The notes beneath the pieces are model-generated. The model ran no database searches. It saw nothing but the letters and a program-made list of their open reading frames with translations, and was not told where the DNA came from. From a virus, in the IMG/VR virus record IMGVR_UViG_3300045988_125893: a stretch of DNA of 64,000 nucleotides. One strand, 5' to 3'. The position numbers and the translations under genes were made by a program. This document shows positions 44,081-53,790 of this stretch, piece after piece. Position 1 is the first letter of the stretch; every line of letters starts with the position of its first letter.

Positions 44081-45114
44081 TGGAAAAAATAGATAATAAA
44101 ATCAAGTACGAAGGAGAATTAGACCTCAATGGTTTAAAAATTCCTTGTTACGTTTTGGAGGATGGTAGAAGAGTCCTATCTACTACCGGAATGCAAAACG
44201 TTTTAGGACTTGACGATCCTAATGATAGATCGGGTACAAAATTAGTAAAAATACTATCCTCCAAAGCTATAAGCGACTGTATTCCAAATGGTTATTTATC
44301 GGTAAAAGATAAGTCATTTCCTTGTTTTAAAGGAAATAGAAGAATAATGGCTTATGAAGCTACAATATTACCTGATATTTGCGAAATCATGCTTAATGCC
44401 AGAGATTGTGCATTAAGCAAAAAAACATCTTTAGGTGTCAATCAACAAACAGTCATAAATAGATGTGATATAATTGTTAGAGCACTAGCGAAAGTTGGTA
44501 TCATAGCATTAGTGGATGAAGCCACAGGGTATCAAGAAGACAAAAATAGGGCGAAAGACGAACTACAGAAATTCCTAAATCAATTCCTTACAGAGGAAGC
44601 AAGTAAATGGGTGAAAACATTTAATGATAGCTTTTTTGAAATGATTTACAAGATGAGGGGATGGGATTGGGAAAATATACATAAGAGGCCCGCCGTTGTT
44701 GGTCAGTGGATCAATGATATTGTTTATAAAAGACTTGGACCGGGAGTTCTTGAAGAACTTAAGATAAGAAACCCTAAAAACGAGAAAGGGTATAAACCTA
44801 AAAAAGATCATCAATTCTTATCAGAGGATCTTGGAAAGCCTAAATTAAAAGAACATTTAGCTGCAATAGAGGCATTGGGAAGGGCTTCAGACTACAATTG
44901 GGATAAGTTCAAAGAAATGTTAGATAAGGCTTTACCAGTACAAGATAAGTTGTATGACGAGATAATGAGGGGAGAATGTGGAGATCCAAACATAGAAGAA
45001 GATATGAAGAGAATAGCTAAAGGCATATTTAGCTATAATCCCAAAACAGATCCTAACGACCCTCTTTTTGATAAAACCACCTCTAAAAAAGGTGGTAACG
45101 AAAAAGAATTTTAA
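44080..45114 (+). CDS. P63C-domain-like protein
   Basis: central region ...WVKTFNDSFFEMIYKMRGWDWEN..KRPAVVGQWINDIVYKRLGPGVLEELKIRNPKNEKGYKPKKDHQFLSEDLGKPKLKEHLAAIEALGRAS matches remembered P63C pattern; 344 aa. Confidence 0.6.
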   Translation: MEKIDNKIKYEGELDLNGLKIPCYVLEDGRRVLSTTGMQNVLGLDDPNDRSGTKLVKILSSKAISDCIPNGYLSVKDKSFPCFKGNRRIMAYEATILPDICEIMLNARDCALSKKTSLGVNQQTVINRCDIIVRALAKVGIIALVDEATGYQEDKNRAKDELQKFLNQFLTEEASKWVKTFNDSFFEMIYKMRGWDWENIHKRPAVVGQWINDIVYKRLGPGVLEELKIRNPKNEKGYKPKKDHQFLSEDLGKPKLKEHLAAIEALGRASDYNWDKFKEMLDKALPVQDKLYDEIMRGECGDPNIEEDMKRIAKGIFSYNPKTDPNDPLFDKTTSKKGGNEKEF

Positions 45115-45120
45115 CCATAT

Positions 45121-45170
45121 AAAACAGAAGCCGGATATACGTTAATCATTATCCGGCTTCTGTTTTATAT
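45121..45170. terminator. 17-bp perfect hairpin aaaacagaagccggata...tatccggcttctgtttt, bidirectional (A-run before, T-run after)
   Basis: read directly; between convergent genes ending 45114 (+) and 45416 (-). Confidence 0.85.
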
Positions 45171-45244
45171 AGATGGTGCAAAGTTGTATATAATCACCTT
45201 TATTTTTTTTTGCAAGATAGCATTTTTTTTTCATAACAAAAGAA

Positions 45245-45278
45245 ACCAGTTCTCTATCATCGCTGACTGAGAACTGGT
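45245..45278 (-). terminator. 10-bp hairpin accagttctc/gagaactggt with T-rich tail on minus strand
   Basis: read directly; downstream of giant minus-strand gene. Confidence 0.6.
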
Positions 45279-45415
45279 AAGAAAACAATTTCAGAAAAAA
45301 TTAAACCTACATAACCTTTAAAGTAAGAACAAAAAAACGTATAGTCTACTCTTTGACAATGCTAAGATAGCATATTAGAGCCATATTGTAGTAATATAAG
45401 CCCAATATTCTTCGT

Positions 45416-48400
45416 CTACTTGTAGCTCACATCATCGTCTCCTTCTGAATCAGGAGTGGCACCGATGAAAAACATCATTGACTTGTTGTTCGTCTGCTGC
45501 CACCAGTTATAGGCACGTGCTACGTCTTCCGGCGTCTTAATGTTATACCATTGTTTGATAAACGTCTGTTTAGCGAGTTGTCTAAATAACTTAGACTCAC
45601 CTTTATATGTACCAGATGTTACTTTATCAAGTGAGTAGTTCCTGAGATCGGTGAGATCCTTCAGTTTCCGTCCCATGACAAATGGGTCATTAATGATATC
45701 CACCACATTAAGCTCCATAATAAACGGCATCTGTGAAGCTATTTCATTTATGGTTCTAAATCCTACATAAGATCCGAATTGAGTAAGCCAGCTTTCCTCG
45801 TTTTCATCATCATCACGCCATCCGGCAAGAAGCATAGACACGGCCTGCATGATGAGGAACGTGCCGGCATAAACACTGAGGCGTTTAAGATTAGTCTTTT
45901 CCACCTCACCCATCTTATCTTTATTTTCGTTCCAGGCATCTATGATATTTTTCATACCAGGCTCGGAAGCTAAGCTAAATGTTTTAGCTATCATATTCTT
46001 TAACGTAATTGACAGCCCTTCCTCTTCTTGCATTGTCTGGAAATTGAATCCCCTTCTTTTCCACAGACGTTGAGCCGCCAGCACCAGCCATCCTCGGTGG
46101 GCAGTCATGAACCTGGCTATCCAGTTACGTGATGCGGCGGTTCGGTTTTCTTCATTCAAAGATCCGTTACATATCTGTGACAAGCTACGAACCTGATTAC
46201 GGGTTATAGCCATCTGGGTTTCAACTTCCTCAACAGTAACACCCGATCCTGGTTTCACAACCACCTTGCCGTCTACAACATCTACCATACTCCATAAAGT
46301 ACGATCTCTTAATGCATCCCATTCTCTTTTTATAGTGCTCTGTTCTTTATTGCGTTCTTTTTCCATCTTGAAATCCTGGAACGTGTAGAACCGACCTTTG
46401 TAATAACGAACGTTATCCATCGTAGCGATCATAACCTGCGGATCAAGAGGGTAGTTCATGATTTCCATAAAAGCATACATCGGTGAACGCATTAAGGTCC
46501 TGGCCGCCCTATTATATCCGGCACCATACATACGATTTCGGATATTGAATATCCCCATTCTCTCACCTATGACATATAATTTGCTTTTTCTATCTATGTC
46601 TCCGGTTTCTGCTATACAAGATGGCGCAAGACGTGAAAACTCAGCCGATGCGTATTTAAGGGAATCTTTGCTTATATATTGTCCTACGGCAGATTCCATG
46701 ATGAGGTTAATATGACCTGTCAGAGCGCCGGTAGCTGCCACAAACGGGGACAGCGCTAAGTTCATGACCGACATAAACCTTTCAACGGCCATCATAATTC
46801 TTGTAAGATCTATCGTGTATCCACCGATGTTAACCGTAAGTTTCTTGGTGTTCATCCTAATGCCATAATAATGGTCATTAAAGAAGTCTCTAAACATCTG
46901 GTATGCTTGAGTTGCCTCAGCTTTCTTACCGCCTTCAAATTGCTTATTCAGTAACATCTGCTCCAGTCCTTGGGCAAGCTCTATAGACTTCTGCTTTTCG
47001 TTGTATAACGATGATTGCATCATAAGCATCGAATAAGAATAACCAAAATCATGAGATACGTCATCTTGGTTCTCTAATTCATATATGTAGTATTTAGGTA
47101 TAGACCTAATCCTATCTTCTGGATCATATACTTCCCCTTGTCTGGTTTTACCGTATAGAGAATCGTCTACTCTGTCCAGACAGAGATCTGATACAAAATT
47201 ACGAACCGTATTTTTGAAGTTGATACCCAATCCCTCCATACGTTCTATATCTTGTTTGGATATCTGTGGAATAGCATACAAATTGGGGCTCTGCTCTTTG
47301 TATAAGGAAAGGGATTGTCTTTTTATTTCCTTAAGTTTTTGAATCATATTCCATTGCTCTACGTTTTTAGTAGCAATCTCATTACCATCAGCATCATATC
47401 TAATGCCGAAGTCATTGAAATACGATTCATCACGATACAGGCTCTTCTTGGGCATACGATAACCATACCCATGATCTTTTACATAATCTGGGTTACGACC
47501 GCTATTTTCAGCTTCAGATTCAGCCACCCACGCTCTTGCAGGGTCGAAAGATAGGTACGATATATTCATACCATAATCTTGTGTGGATGTCCCGTTCTGT
47601 ACGTCTTTAACCATCTGTGCCACGTCTATCTCACCTCGACCTATTTTACCAAGCATAGCCGCATATCCGGTAGGAGCCATGCGTTTGTAATATGAAAAGA
47701 CTTGACTTCTGGCAAATTCATTAACAATAGCATTAGCCTCTTCTATACCTGATTCTCTTGTGTTATTTAAAAACAAGCTGGCCATCTTAGTATTGACAGC
47801 ATTCCTAAAATCTCTACCGTCTAATTCTTTGTTTATTCCAAGCTTTTCTGACAAGTAGTTGGTTTCAGATACAGTAAACAAATATCGGTTATCAGCAGCC
47901 TTAAATAGTTTATCCCTTAAGGCTTGAATCCTTTTTGCTTTCTTTGCCGTAGTATGACGTTGCACAAACTTCCATTCCACTTCCTTGGAGTCAGCAAGAG
48001 CATTTAAATAAGATTGATTGACTTCGTTTTCAGCCTTACTGCTTTTAGTAAGGTATTTATCAATATCTTCAAGACCCACCATCTTAGCATAATCTATTAA
48101 AATAGCGTAATCGGTTTCAATAGCTTCAGATGCAGCCCTAAAAGCATCTCTTTCAGATGAGGTAAATGTCGCTTCATTGATTTCTCCGATGTCAGCCACA
48201 TCGCGGTTATTCCCAATTATTTCCTTGATGATAGCCCTGTTTTTTTCTATATCTTTCACAATAGCTTCTACGTCTGTCGCATCTCTATCACTTGTCGTAG
48301 AATTAATGATATCATGCGCCATTTTAAGATACGAAGCCTTGTTGTTTGATTCGGTGCGTGCCGACTGATCTGACTCTATATCATTCCAAAACTGATCATT

Positions 48401-51400
48401 AAAAGCCAGGTGTCCTCCTAACATAAGCGTTCTCAGTGCAGCCTCCCCTCCAGACTCACGCTGAATCGTTCTCAATCTTTCCAAAAATGATTCTGATACG
48501 GCATTAGTAACATTATTTGATTCTTTTCTCCATACTTCATTTATAGCTTGTATTTCTTTAGCCATCTTGAGTTGATCACCGGTTTTATCGACTCTTCTGG
48601 TTCCTACATATATGTATTCTGAAGCTGCTTCCTTACGTTGTTTACGAAGCAGTCCTTCTTCTTCATAATTACTGCTCTTGAAGTAAGCAACTTCATCAAA
48701 ATTACCATTGCTATCAATAAAAGGTTGCCTCAATATCCGTTTTTGCCGGGAAAGAGCATTAAGATATTCTTTAGTTGTTTGAGAAACCGGATACCCCAAT
48801 TCTTCTTCAGCCTTTTTGTATATGGATTCCATTCTTGTGGCATAACTTTCACTAAATTCCAGTTCTGAATTTTCAGCATCCCACTTCTCCATCTGTTCTG
48901 TATAAATCCTTTCCTGCTCGATGGTAAAGATGTCGGTATTAACCCTATCAGAAGAAGGTTTGAATTTAGCGTTCTCAGTAACCGTATTTCCATCCTTGTC
49001 AACTACTTCTCTTTTAAACACATAATTACGGTTATTGTCAACCACATCATTGATTTCTTCTTCTGATATCTCTATGTTCATGGCAGTTGCAAACGCTCGC
49101 ATCTGCGCCAGCTTCTTATTACGATCGTATTTAGCCATATCAAGAGCACTACGAAGATAATTAGAAGTCTTGCCGTCTACTTTCTGAAGCAGTTTTTCAA
49201 ATTCAGATTTATTGAAACCATGTTTTTTCGCATATGCCAGGAAGTCGGATATGGCTGGCTGGGCATTCACCATCGCATTATAATTGTCTTTGGCAATCAT
49301 AGCTCCAAGAGCGTTATTAAACGGGCTGGAAGAATGTTCTAATATACCAAACCACCTACTTATCCAGGACACATCGTGTTGAACTTTATCAAAGAACTCT
49401 TTTACTTTCTTTACCTTATCTGCCGGCACATGAAGTTCGTTCATTAACTTGTCAAGCAACGTACTTTCATCAAGATCTTGTACTGATTTAATATCAGACT
49501 GAATACCATTGATGTCGGCAATGACGGTATTGATCCTATTTGTATAATCTTGCTTTTCACGTTCGTCAAATTCGGTACTTCTGTTACGGATATATCCTCG
49601 AAGATCGTTCATGATCGGAAGAACCTGATTGTTGATAATATCTACGTTCTTTCGATCATTGGTATTGAAATGAAGTTTACCGTCTTTGGTATCACCATGA
49701 AGGATAGTATTTACTACATTGCTTAAGTATCTGACCTGAGCTTCGGCTGTGGAGATCATGCTATTCATGGCAGCCGCCATCTCATTTTTGTCTATTTCGG
49801 TCTCTACCTTATTTATCTTATCTTCTATGGTCTTAAGTTGAGCAAGGGTCATAGATGTAGTTACAGCCCTATCAGAGCTTATCTGACGTAAGTCTCTCAA
49901 TGTTTTTCTCAATGCCCGGATCTTAGACTCAAGAAACTTGTTCTTGTTCATAGAGGAAAGAGAGTATAATGTAAAATCATTATCCTTTAAAAGAGAAGTA
50001 TCAAATCCTTTATCTATGTCGGTAATAGCAAGATCACGAATGTTTTTAATAACGTTATTCAAATCTTGTCTTTGGGTAGATAAAGCTGATTTAAGCCAGT
50101 TTACGATTCCAGAGAGAAGCTGCCGGACGCGTCCCAGGAAGGAGGTGGGCTCTATGGGCGCCGTTCTGTCCTGCATCTCCCTGGCAAGGATCTTTCCAAG
50201 AATTTCTTTCCTAACTACATTGTCAAGTTCAGTTCCTTCATATACCTTACCGTATGTATTATAATACTGATTTGCATACTGATTCCATTCTTCAGTGCCT
50301 TCTACGTCTTGCAAAACAGATTCAACAGCATTCTGATCTCTGTACGCCTCTACAAGGAAGTGGGCTGTTTCTTCTACTAAGTCAGACAAAGTAGCATCTT
50401 CACCGACTGCTATTACGTTATTGGCAATATCCGCCAATGCTTTAGCAGAAGGTTCGTGTCCGTATTTAGTTTGGTACTTCTCTATATAATCGGTCATGCC
50501 AACGACACTAACGCCCAGCGTTTTCAGTATCTCAACAATAGAATTTCGTTGATTACGTTCCTCTTGGCTATAATCCGATACTATCTTAGCTTTAGTATCA
50601 GCATAAAGATCATTGTCTTCTAATATAAATGAAACTACAAGCGCATCAAAGTGATCGTATTTAGCATCCAATTCATTGTATCTTCCAGACTTAAGATCGC
50701 TCTTTATCTGCTCCTTGCTAACTCTTTCTGTTCCTCCGGTGGCGAGTCTCATAGTCACCTTACTATTATCCAATGAATTTATGGTTATCATGCCTTGATC
50801 ATTCATGGAAACATCAGAACTGAAATGATTACGAAGTTCGGTATAAGCTAAGGCTGAATTGAAAAGTCTAATTTGTCCTGCATGTCCTTCTCCTGTAAGA
50901 TAATAGCTTCTTGTTTCCGGATCGAATATCTTGGATCCTGACAAAAGACCTTTCTTTATAAGGTAGTTTATTATCCCACCTTTTGTTGATAAAGAAGTGG
51001 AAGCAGAGGCGGTCATAACAGGTATAAAAGATTTGGGGTTGTTAAGGACATACTTTCCAGCCTTGTAAGTAATGTCTGCCACGCCATCCCAGGCAGATTC
51101 TTGAACGGTGCCAGATAAGAATCCTATTCTGATATCATTCCCGCCAGAGCGAAGAGCTTCTCCGTAATCTTCAAATAATTGATTACGATCATTCATAAAA
51201 AACAAACGAGGTTCTCCAGTCTGATACGTTACACCCACAGGATTAGAATCTGTTTCTGGTAGCTCTTCTGGACTAAATATCTTAAGACCGTCTTTTATAA
51301 CCATATAATTAACATCATTATCCTGTACCATAGATACGGGAGTGAAGTCCGAAGATATAGCATCTTGTAGATACTGCCCTGAGTCTATTCCTGGTTCTTC

Positions 51401-51832
51401 CGGCACGGAGATCCTTGACGGAACCATAGCATCCACCAACATAATATTATCACCCAGATCTTGGCTATAGAATCCAAAGCCTGATTCTTGAATCCCATAA
51501 GGTGCATCTGATTTCGACACAAGAATAGGGTTGCTCATCTTAGAAGCCTTATCCAGCACCCTTTCTCTATAGGTCTCTGGAATAAGGCCGATGTTAGATT
51601 TTACCTTATTGTAAGCCTGTTTGTTGATAGGCACATTCCTTCTCCAGTCACCAAAAGCCTTTAAGAACTTATTAGAAAATACGGTTTTAAAAACAGTAGT
51701 AGCCCGTTCCCTATTTTCCATAAGAGGAATAGATGCTATCTTATCGAATAACATAGACCTGTCCCCTGATCTGGTAGAGACAGAAACAACTTTCTTTTTA
51801 TTATCTCTTTTAATAATACACGTTGATACCAT
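45416..51832 (-). CDS. giant 2138-aa protein, probably virion-associated (tape-measure/ejection/cargo-type); function unknown
   Basis: uninterrupted 6.4-kb ORF heading the minus-strand block with structural-like genes; no Walker or polymerase motifs recognised by eye. Confidence 0.9.
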   Translation of the reverse strand: MVSTCIIKRDNKKKVVSVSTRSGDRSMLFDKIASIPLMENRERATTVFKTVFSNKFLKAFGDWRRNVPINKQAYNKVKSNIGLIPETYRERVLDKASKMSNPILVSKSDAPYGIQESGFGFYSQDLGDNIMLVDAMVPSRISVPEEPGIDSGQYLQDAISSDFTPVSMVQDNDVNYMVIKDGLKIFSPEELPETDSNPVGVTYQTGEPRLFFMNDRNQLFEDYGEALRSGGNDIRIGFLSGTVQESAWDGVADITYKAGKYVLNNPKSFIPVMTASASTSLSTKGGIINYLIKKGLLSGSKIFDPETRSYYLTGEGHAGQIRLFNSALAYTELRNHFSSDVSMNDQGMITINSLDNSKVTMRLATGGTERVSKEQIKSDLKSGRYNELDAKYDHFDALVVSFILEDNDLYADTKAKIVSDYSQEERNQRNSIVEILKTLGVSVVGMTDYIEKYQTKYGHEPSAKALADIANNVIAVGEDATLSDLVEETAHFLVEAYRDQNAVESVLQDVEGTEEWNQYANQYYNTYGKVYEGTELDNVVRKEILGKILAREMQDRTAPIEPTSFLGRVRQLLSGIVNWLKSALSTQRQDLNNVIKNIRDLAITDIDKGFDTSLLKDNDFTLYSLSSMNKNKFLESKIRALRKTLRDLRQISSDRAVTTSMTLAQLKTIEDKINKVETEIDKNEMAAAMNSMISTAEAQVRYLSNVVNTILHGDTKDGKLHFNTNDRKNVDIINNQVLPIMNDLRGYIRNRSTEFDEREKQDYTNRINTVIADINGIQSDIKSVQDLDESTLLDKLMNELHVPADKVKKVKEFFDKVQHDVSWISRWFGILEHSSSPFNNALGAMIAKDNYNAMVNAQPAISDFLAYAKKHGFNKSEFEKLLQKVDGKTSNYLRSALDMAKYDRNKKLAQMRAFATAMNIEISEEEINDVVDNNRNYVFKREVVDKDGNTVTENAKFKPSSDRVNTDIFTIEQERIYTEQMEKWDAENSELEFSESYATRMESIYKKAEEELGYPVSQTTKEYLNALSRQKRILRQPFIDSNGNFDEVAYFKSSNYEEEGLLRKQRKEAASEYIYVGTRRVDKTGDQLKMAKEIQAINEVWRKESNNVTNAVSESFLERLRTIQRESGGEAALRTLMLGGHLAFNDQFWNDIESDQSARTESNNKASYLKMAHDIINSTTSDRDATDVEAIVKDIEKNRAIIKEIIGNNRDVADIGEINEATFTSSERDAFRAASEAIETDYAILIDYAKMVGLEDIDKYLTKSSKAENEVNQSYLNALADSKEVEWKFVQRHTTAKKAKRIQALRDKLFKAADNRYLFTVSETNYLSEKLGINKELDGRDFRNAVNTKMASLFLNNTRESGIEEANAIVNEFARSQVFSYYKRMAPTGYAAMLGKIGRGEIDVAQMVKDVQNGTSTQDYGMNISYLSFDPARAWVAESEAENSGRNPDYVKDHGYGYRMPKKSLYRDESYFNDFGIRYDADGNEIATKNVEQWNMIQKLKEIKRQSLSLYKEQSPNLYAIPQISKQDIERMEGLGINFKNTVRNFVSDLCLDRVDDSLYGKTRQGEVYDPEDRIRSIPKYYIYELENQDDVSHDFGYSYSMLMMQSSLYNEKQKSIELAQGLEQMLLNKQFEGGKKAEATQAYQMFRDFFNDHYYGIRMNTKKLTVNIGGYTIDLTRIMMAVERFMSVMNLALSPFVAATGALTGHINLIMESAVGQYISKDSLKYASAEFSRLAPSCIAETGDIDRKSKLYVIGERMGIFNIRNRMYGAGYNRAARTLMRSPMYAFMEIMNYPLDPQVMIATMDNVRYYKGRFYTFQDFKMEKERNKEQSTIKREWDALRDRTLWSMVDVVDGKVVVKPGSGVTVEEVETQMAITRNQVRSLSQICNGSLNEENRTAASRNWIARFMTAHRGWLVLAAQRLWKRRGFNFQTMQEEEGLSITLKNMIAKTFSLASEPGMKNIIDAWNENKDKMGEVEKTNLKRLSVYAGTFLIMQAVSMLLAGWRDDDENEESWLTQFGSYVGFRTINEIASQMPFIMELNVVDIINDPFVMGRKLKDLTDLRNYSLDKVTSGTYKGESKLFRQLAKQTFIKQWYNIKTPEDVARAYNWWQQTNNKSMMFFIGATPDSEGDDDVSYK

Positions 51833-51890
51833 GATAAAACATTTTTGTTATGAGACAAAGGTAGCCAAAAATCAAGCATATCATAAAAAA

Positions 51891-51930
51891 TTAAGCCATC
51901 TAACTTCTCAGTCTGATGGCTTAAAAATAA
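51891..51930 (-). terminator. hairpin taagccatc...gatggctta followed on minus strand by ttttttatga, upstream of giant gene start
   Basis: 9-bp perfect stem read directly. Confidence 0.6.
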
Positions 51931-51973
51931 TATGAAAAAAAATTATAATCTGACGCAAATCGTCAAGTTACGC

Positions 51974-52296
51974 TTATGCATTGTATTTGTACCCATTTCT
52001 ATGAATAAACCTTCCCGATTCAAAACGTTCAATATCTTCAGGGCAAATAGGGCCCGAATCTTCTCTCCTGGCTTCAAACCAAAGCCCTGGCTTGCGAAGT
52101 CGGCAAGTTATGATATAATTGAAGCAATTGTGTGTAAAATGGAAAACAGATCCTACAGGGAAATATCTATCAGCTTGAAATACGATTCTTTTTCGTTTAG
52201 TATCAAACGTGATATCCCCTACTATCTTAGCCACGTAATAGCTTCTGCCATTTAACGTTTCATCTGTTTGTGGTATCCAATAATAACCTTTTGTCA
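51974..52296 (-). CDS. hypothetical protein (start moved to internal Met MTKGYYW; track ORF start 52366 would span a terminator hairpin)
   Basis: ORF track frame. Confidence 0.45.
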
Positions 52297-52318
52297 TGCC
52301 ACAAATATATAAAAAAAG

Positions 52319-52349
52319 TCGGACAAGATACATGTCCGACCTTTTTTTA
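52319..52349. terminator. hairpin gtcggac-aagatacat-gtccgac flanked by A7 and T8 (bidirectional)
   Basis: read directly. Confidence 0.7.
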
Positions 52350-52529
52350 CTTTGATTCGTTTTCAAACCGCTTTATAAGAGAAGCAATATCATCACCACA
52401 AATAAACATCATTCTACGTTCTTCTTTTGGTTTATGAGACGTTGGGATGGTTTTGTTTATTTTAATCTGATTCGCCAGACCTCTGCCTAAACGAATATCA
52501 GCTTTTTTACCTTTAATGTTGAACTTCAT
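52347..52529 (-). CDS. hypothetical small basic protein
   Basis: ORF 60 aa ending at terminator. Confidence 0.4.
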   Translation of the reverse strand: MKFNIKGKKADIRLGRGLANQIKINKTIPTSHKPKEERRMMFICGDDIASLIKRFENESK

Positions 52530-52842
52530 AGATTATTTGTTTAAACAGACCAATTCCGTCTATTATAATATGACCGCTTCGCATACGACCATTATTAAGA
52601 TTGTAAAGGAAATTAAAACCACTTTCTTTTTCTTGTCTTTCAAAAGAACTGATATCCTTTCCTCTACGAGCTCTTCCAAAAGCCTTCTTGAACAACTTTC
52701 CTCTGAAGGTCTTGACAAGGTTCTTGGTAGCTTTATTACCGGCTCTTATCGTTACTTTCCTTGCCTGGTTTTCTGAGACAAAACTGCTTCGGAAAATATA
52801 CGATGCTGCTGCTTGTATATCTTGTTTAGTAATCATATGCAT
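52513..52842 (-). CDS. hypothetical basic protein
   Basis: ORF 109 aa. Confidence 0.5.
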   Translation of the reverse strand: MHMITKQDIQAAASYIFRSSFVSENQARKVTIRAGNKATKNLVKTFRGKLFKKAFGRARRGKDISSFERQEKESGFNFLYNLNNGRMRSGHIIIDGIGLFKQIIYEVQH

Positions 52843-53189
52843 ATGCCAAACATTTCTTTCAGAATACTGATCTTTATTCCGTATATCAATTTCATCTCAT
52901 CTCTATCATATACGTCAAAAAAGGATTTACTGGGGTCCTTTGGATTTGCGTTCAATTGAATTATGCAATTACCAGTATAAACCTTAAGCCTATAATTATC
53001 GGAGTATATATCCTGCATGGTCTCAAATGTCTCAATTAAATTTTCAACAAGAACTCTGTTAAATGAAAAAGATTCTTTGCCATCACCTTTAAATGTGATA
53101 TGATCTAAATTCTTGTTGTCAAATTCGTACTCTAACTGATTGCCGTCCATCATATCATAAAAGATTGACTTTTTGATTCTAAATCCCAT
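52833..53189 (-). CDS. hypothetical protein
   Basis: ORF 118 aa. Confidence 0.55.
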   Translation of the reverse strand: MGFRIKKSIFYDMMDGNQLEYEFDNKNLDHITFKGDGKESFSFNRVLVENLIETFETMQDIYSDNYRLKVYTGNCIIQLNANPKDPSKSFFDVYDRDEMKLIYGIKISILKEMFGICI

Positions 53190-53205
53190 ATTATTTTGTT
53201 TTTAG

Positions 53206-53511
53206 TTAATATAAATCTTCCGAATACAATTGTTCTCTAATGGCATTCCTATCTACTACCATTTCTTGATTATTGTTTCTAACAAGTTCAGATGCTTCCT
53301 CTCTTGTTAGAAACCGGTTCTTGCTTGTCAAAAATCCTTGAATACTACGGTTTTTATGGGCTATGCCATATGCAGCAAGTTGCGATATTATAGAACAGTG
53401 TCTCAATCCACAAAATACGGTTCCAGATGGTATATTTACGGGACCGTGAGGCTTGTTCTTGTGATCTTGAACCCATATAGCTGCGCATACAACAATTTCC
53501 TTATCGCACAT
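53206..53511 (-). CDS. hypothetical protein
   Basis: ORF 101 aa. Confidence 0.55.
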   Translation of the reverse strand: MCDKEIVVCAAIWVQDHKNKPHGPVNIPSGTVFCGLRHCSIISQLAAYGIAHKNRSIQGFLTSKNRFLTREEASELVRNNNQEMVVDRNAIREQLYSEDLY

Positions 53512-53514
53512 AAA

Positions 53515-53790
53515 TCAATAATTTAAAATACCGTTTTTACCAATATGCTTCTTTTCTTCTTCAGTAGGCCATTCTTTCTTGAACTTACCGTGCCACGTTC
53601 CAGGAACCACCACCAGTTGGTCTTCCTTATCATATTCAATAGCAGCACATTCAGAACAAAGAGGCTTGCCTTCATACCCTTTTAAAGATTCATCATAAAC
53701 ACGACCTATACAAGGTCTTATGAGAAACCAGTAATATGATGTGGCTGTATTATCTATACAGCCACACTTTGAACATACAAACAAACTCAT
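53515..53790 (-). CDS. hypothetical zinc-ribbon protein (CSKCG...CSEC)
   Basis: ORF 91 aa. Confidence 0.55.
   Translation of the reverse strand: MSLFVCSKCGCIDNTATSYYWFLIRPCIGRVYDESLKGYEGKPLCSECAAIEYDKEDQLVVVPGTWHGKFKKEWPTEEEKKHIGKNGILNY

Noticed and set aside
43020-45170. Terminal inverted repeats delimiting the IS1595 element
   Set aside because: I could not find matching 15-30 bp inverted termini between the 42997-43163 region and sequences after 44075 or 45114. The boundaries are left unresolved.
45779-50264. Several 60-108-aa + strand ORFs inside the giant minus-strand gene
   Set aside because: They are embedded antisense in a continuous 6.4-kb ORF, with no SD or promoter context.
51840-51870. 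Bacteroidota-type promoter (TAnnTTTG) upstream of giant gene
   Set aside because: A TAcCTTTG octamer exists but there is no properly spaced -33 TTTG. Widespread AAGGAGG SD usage argues against a Bacteroidota host.
51621-52255. + strand ORFs 51621..51935 and 51932..52255
   Set aside because: They overlap the start of the giant gene, its upstream terminator and a minus-strand gene, and there is no supporting context.
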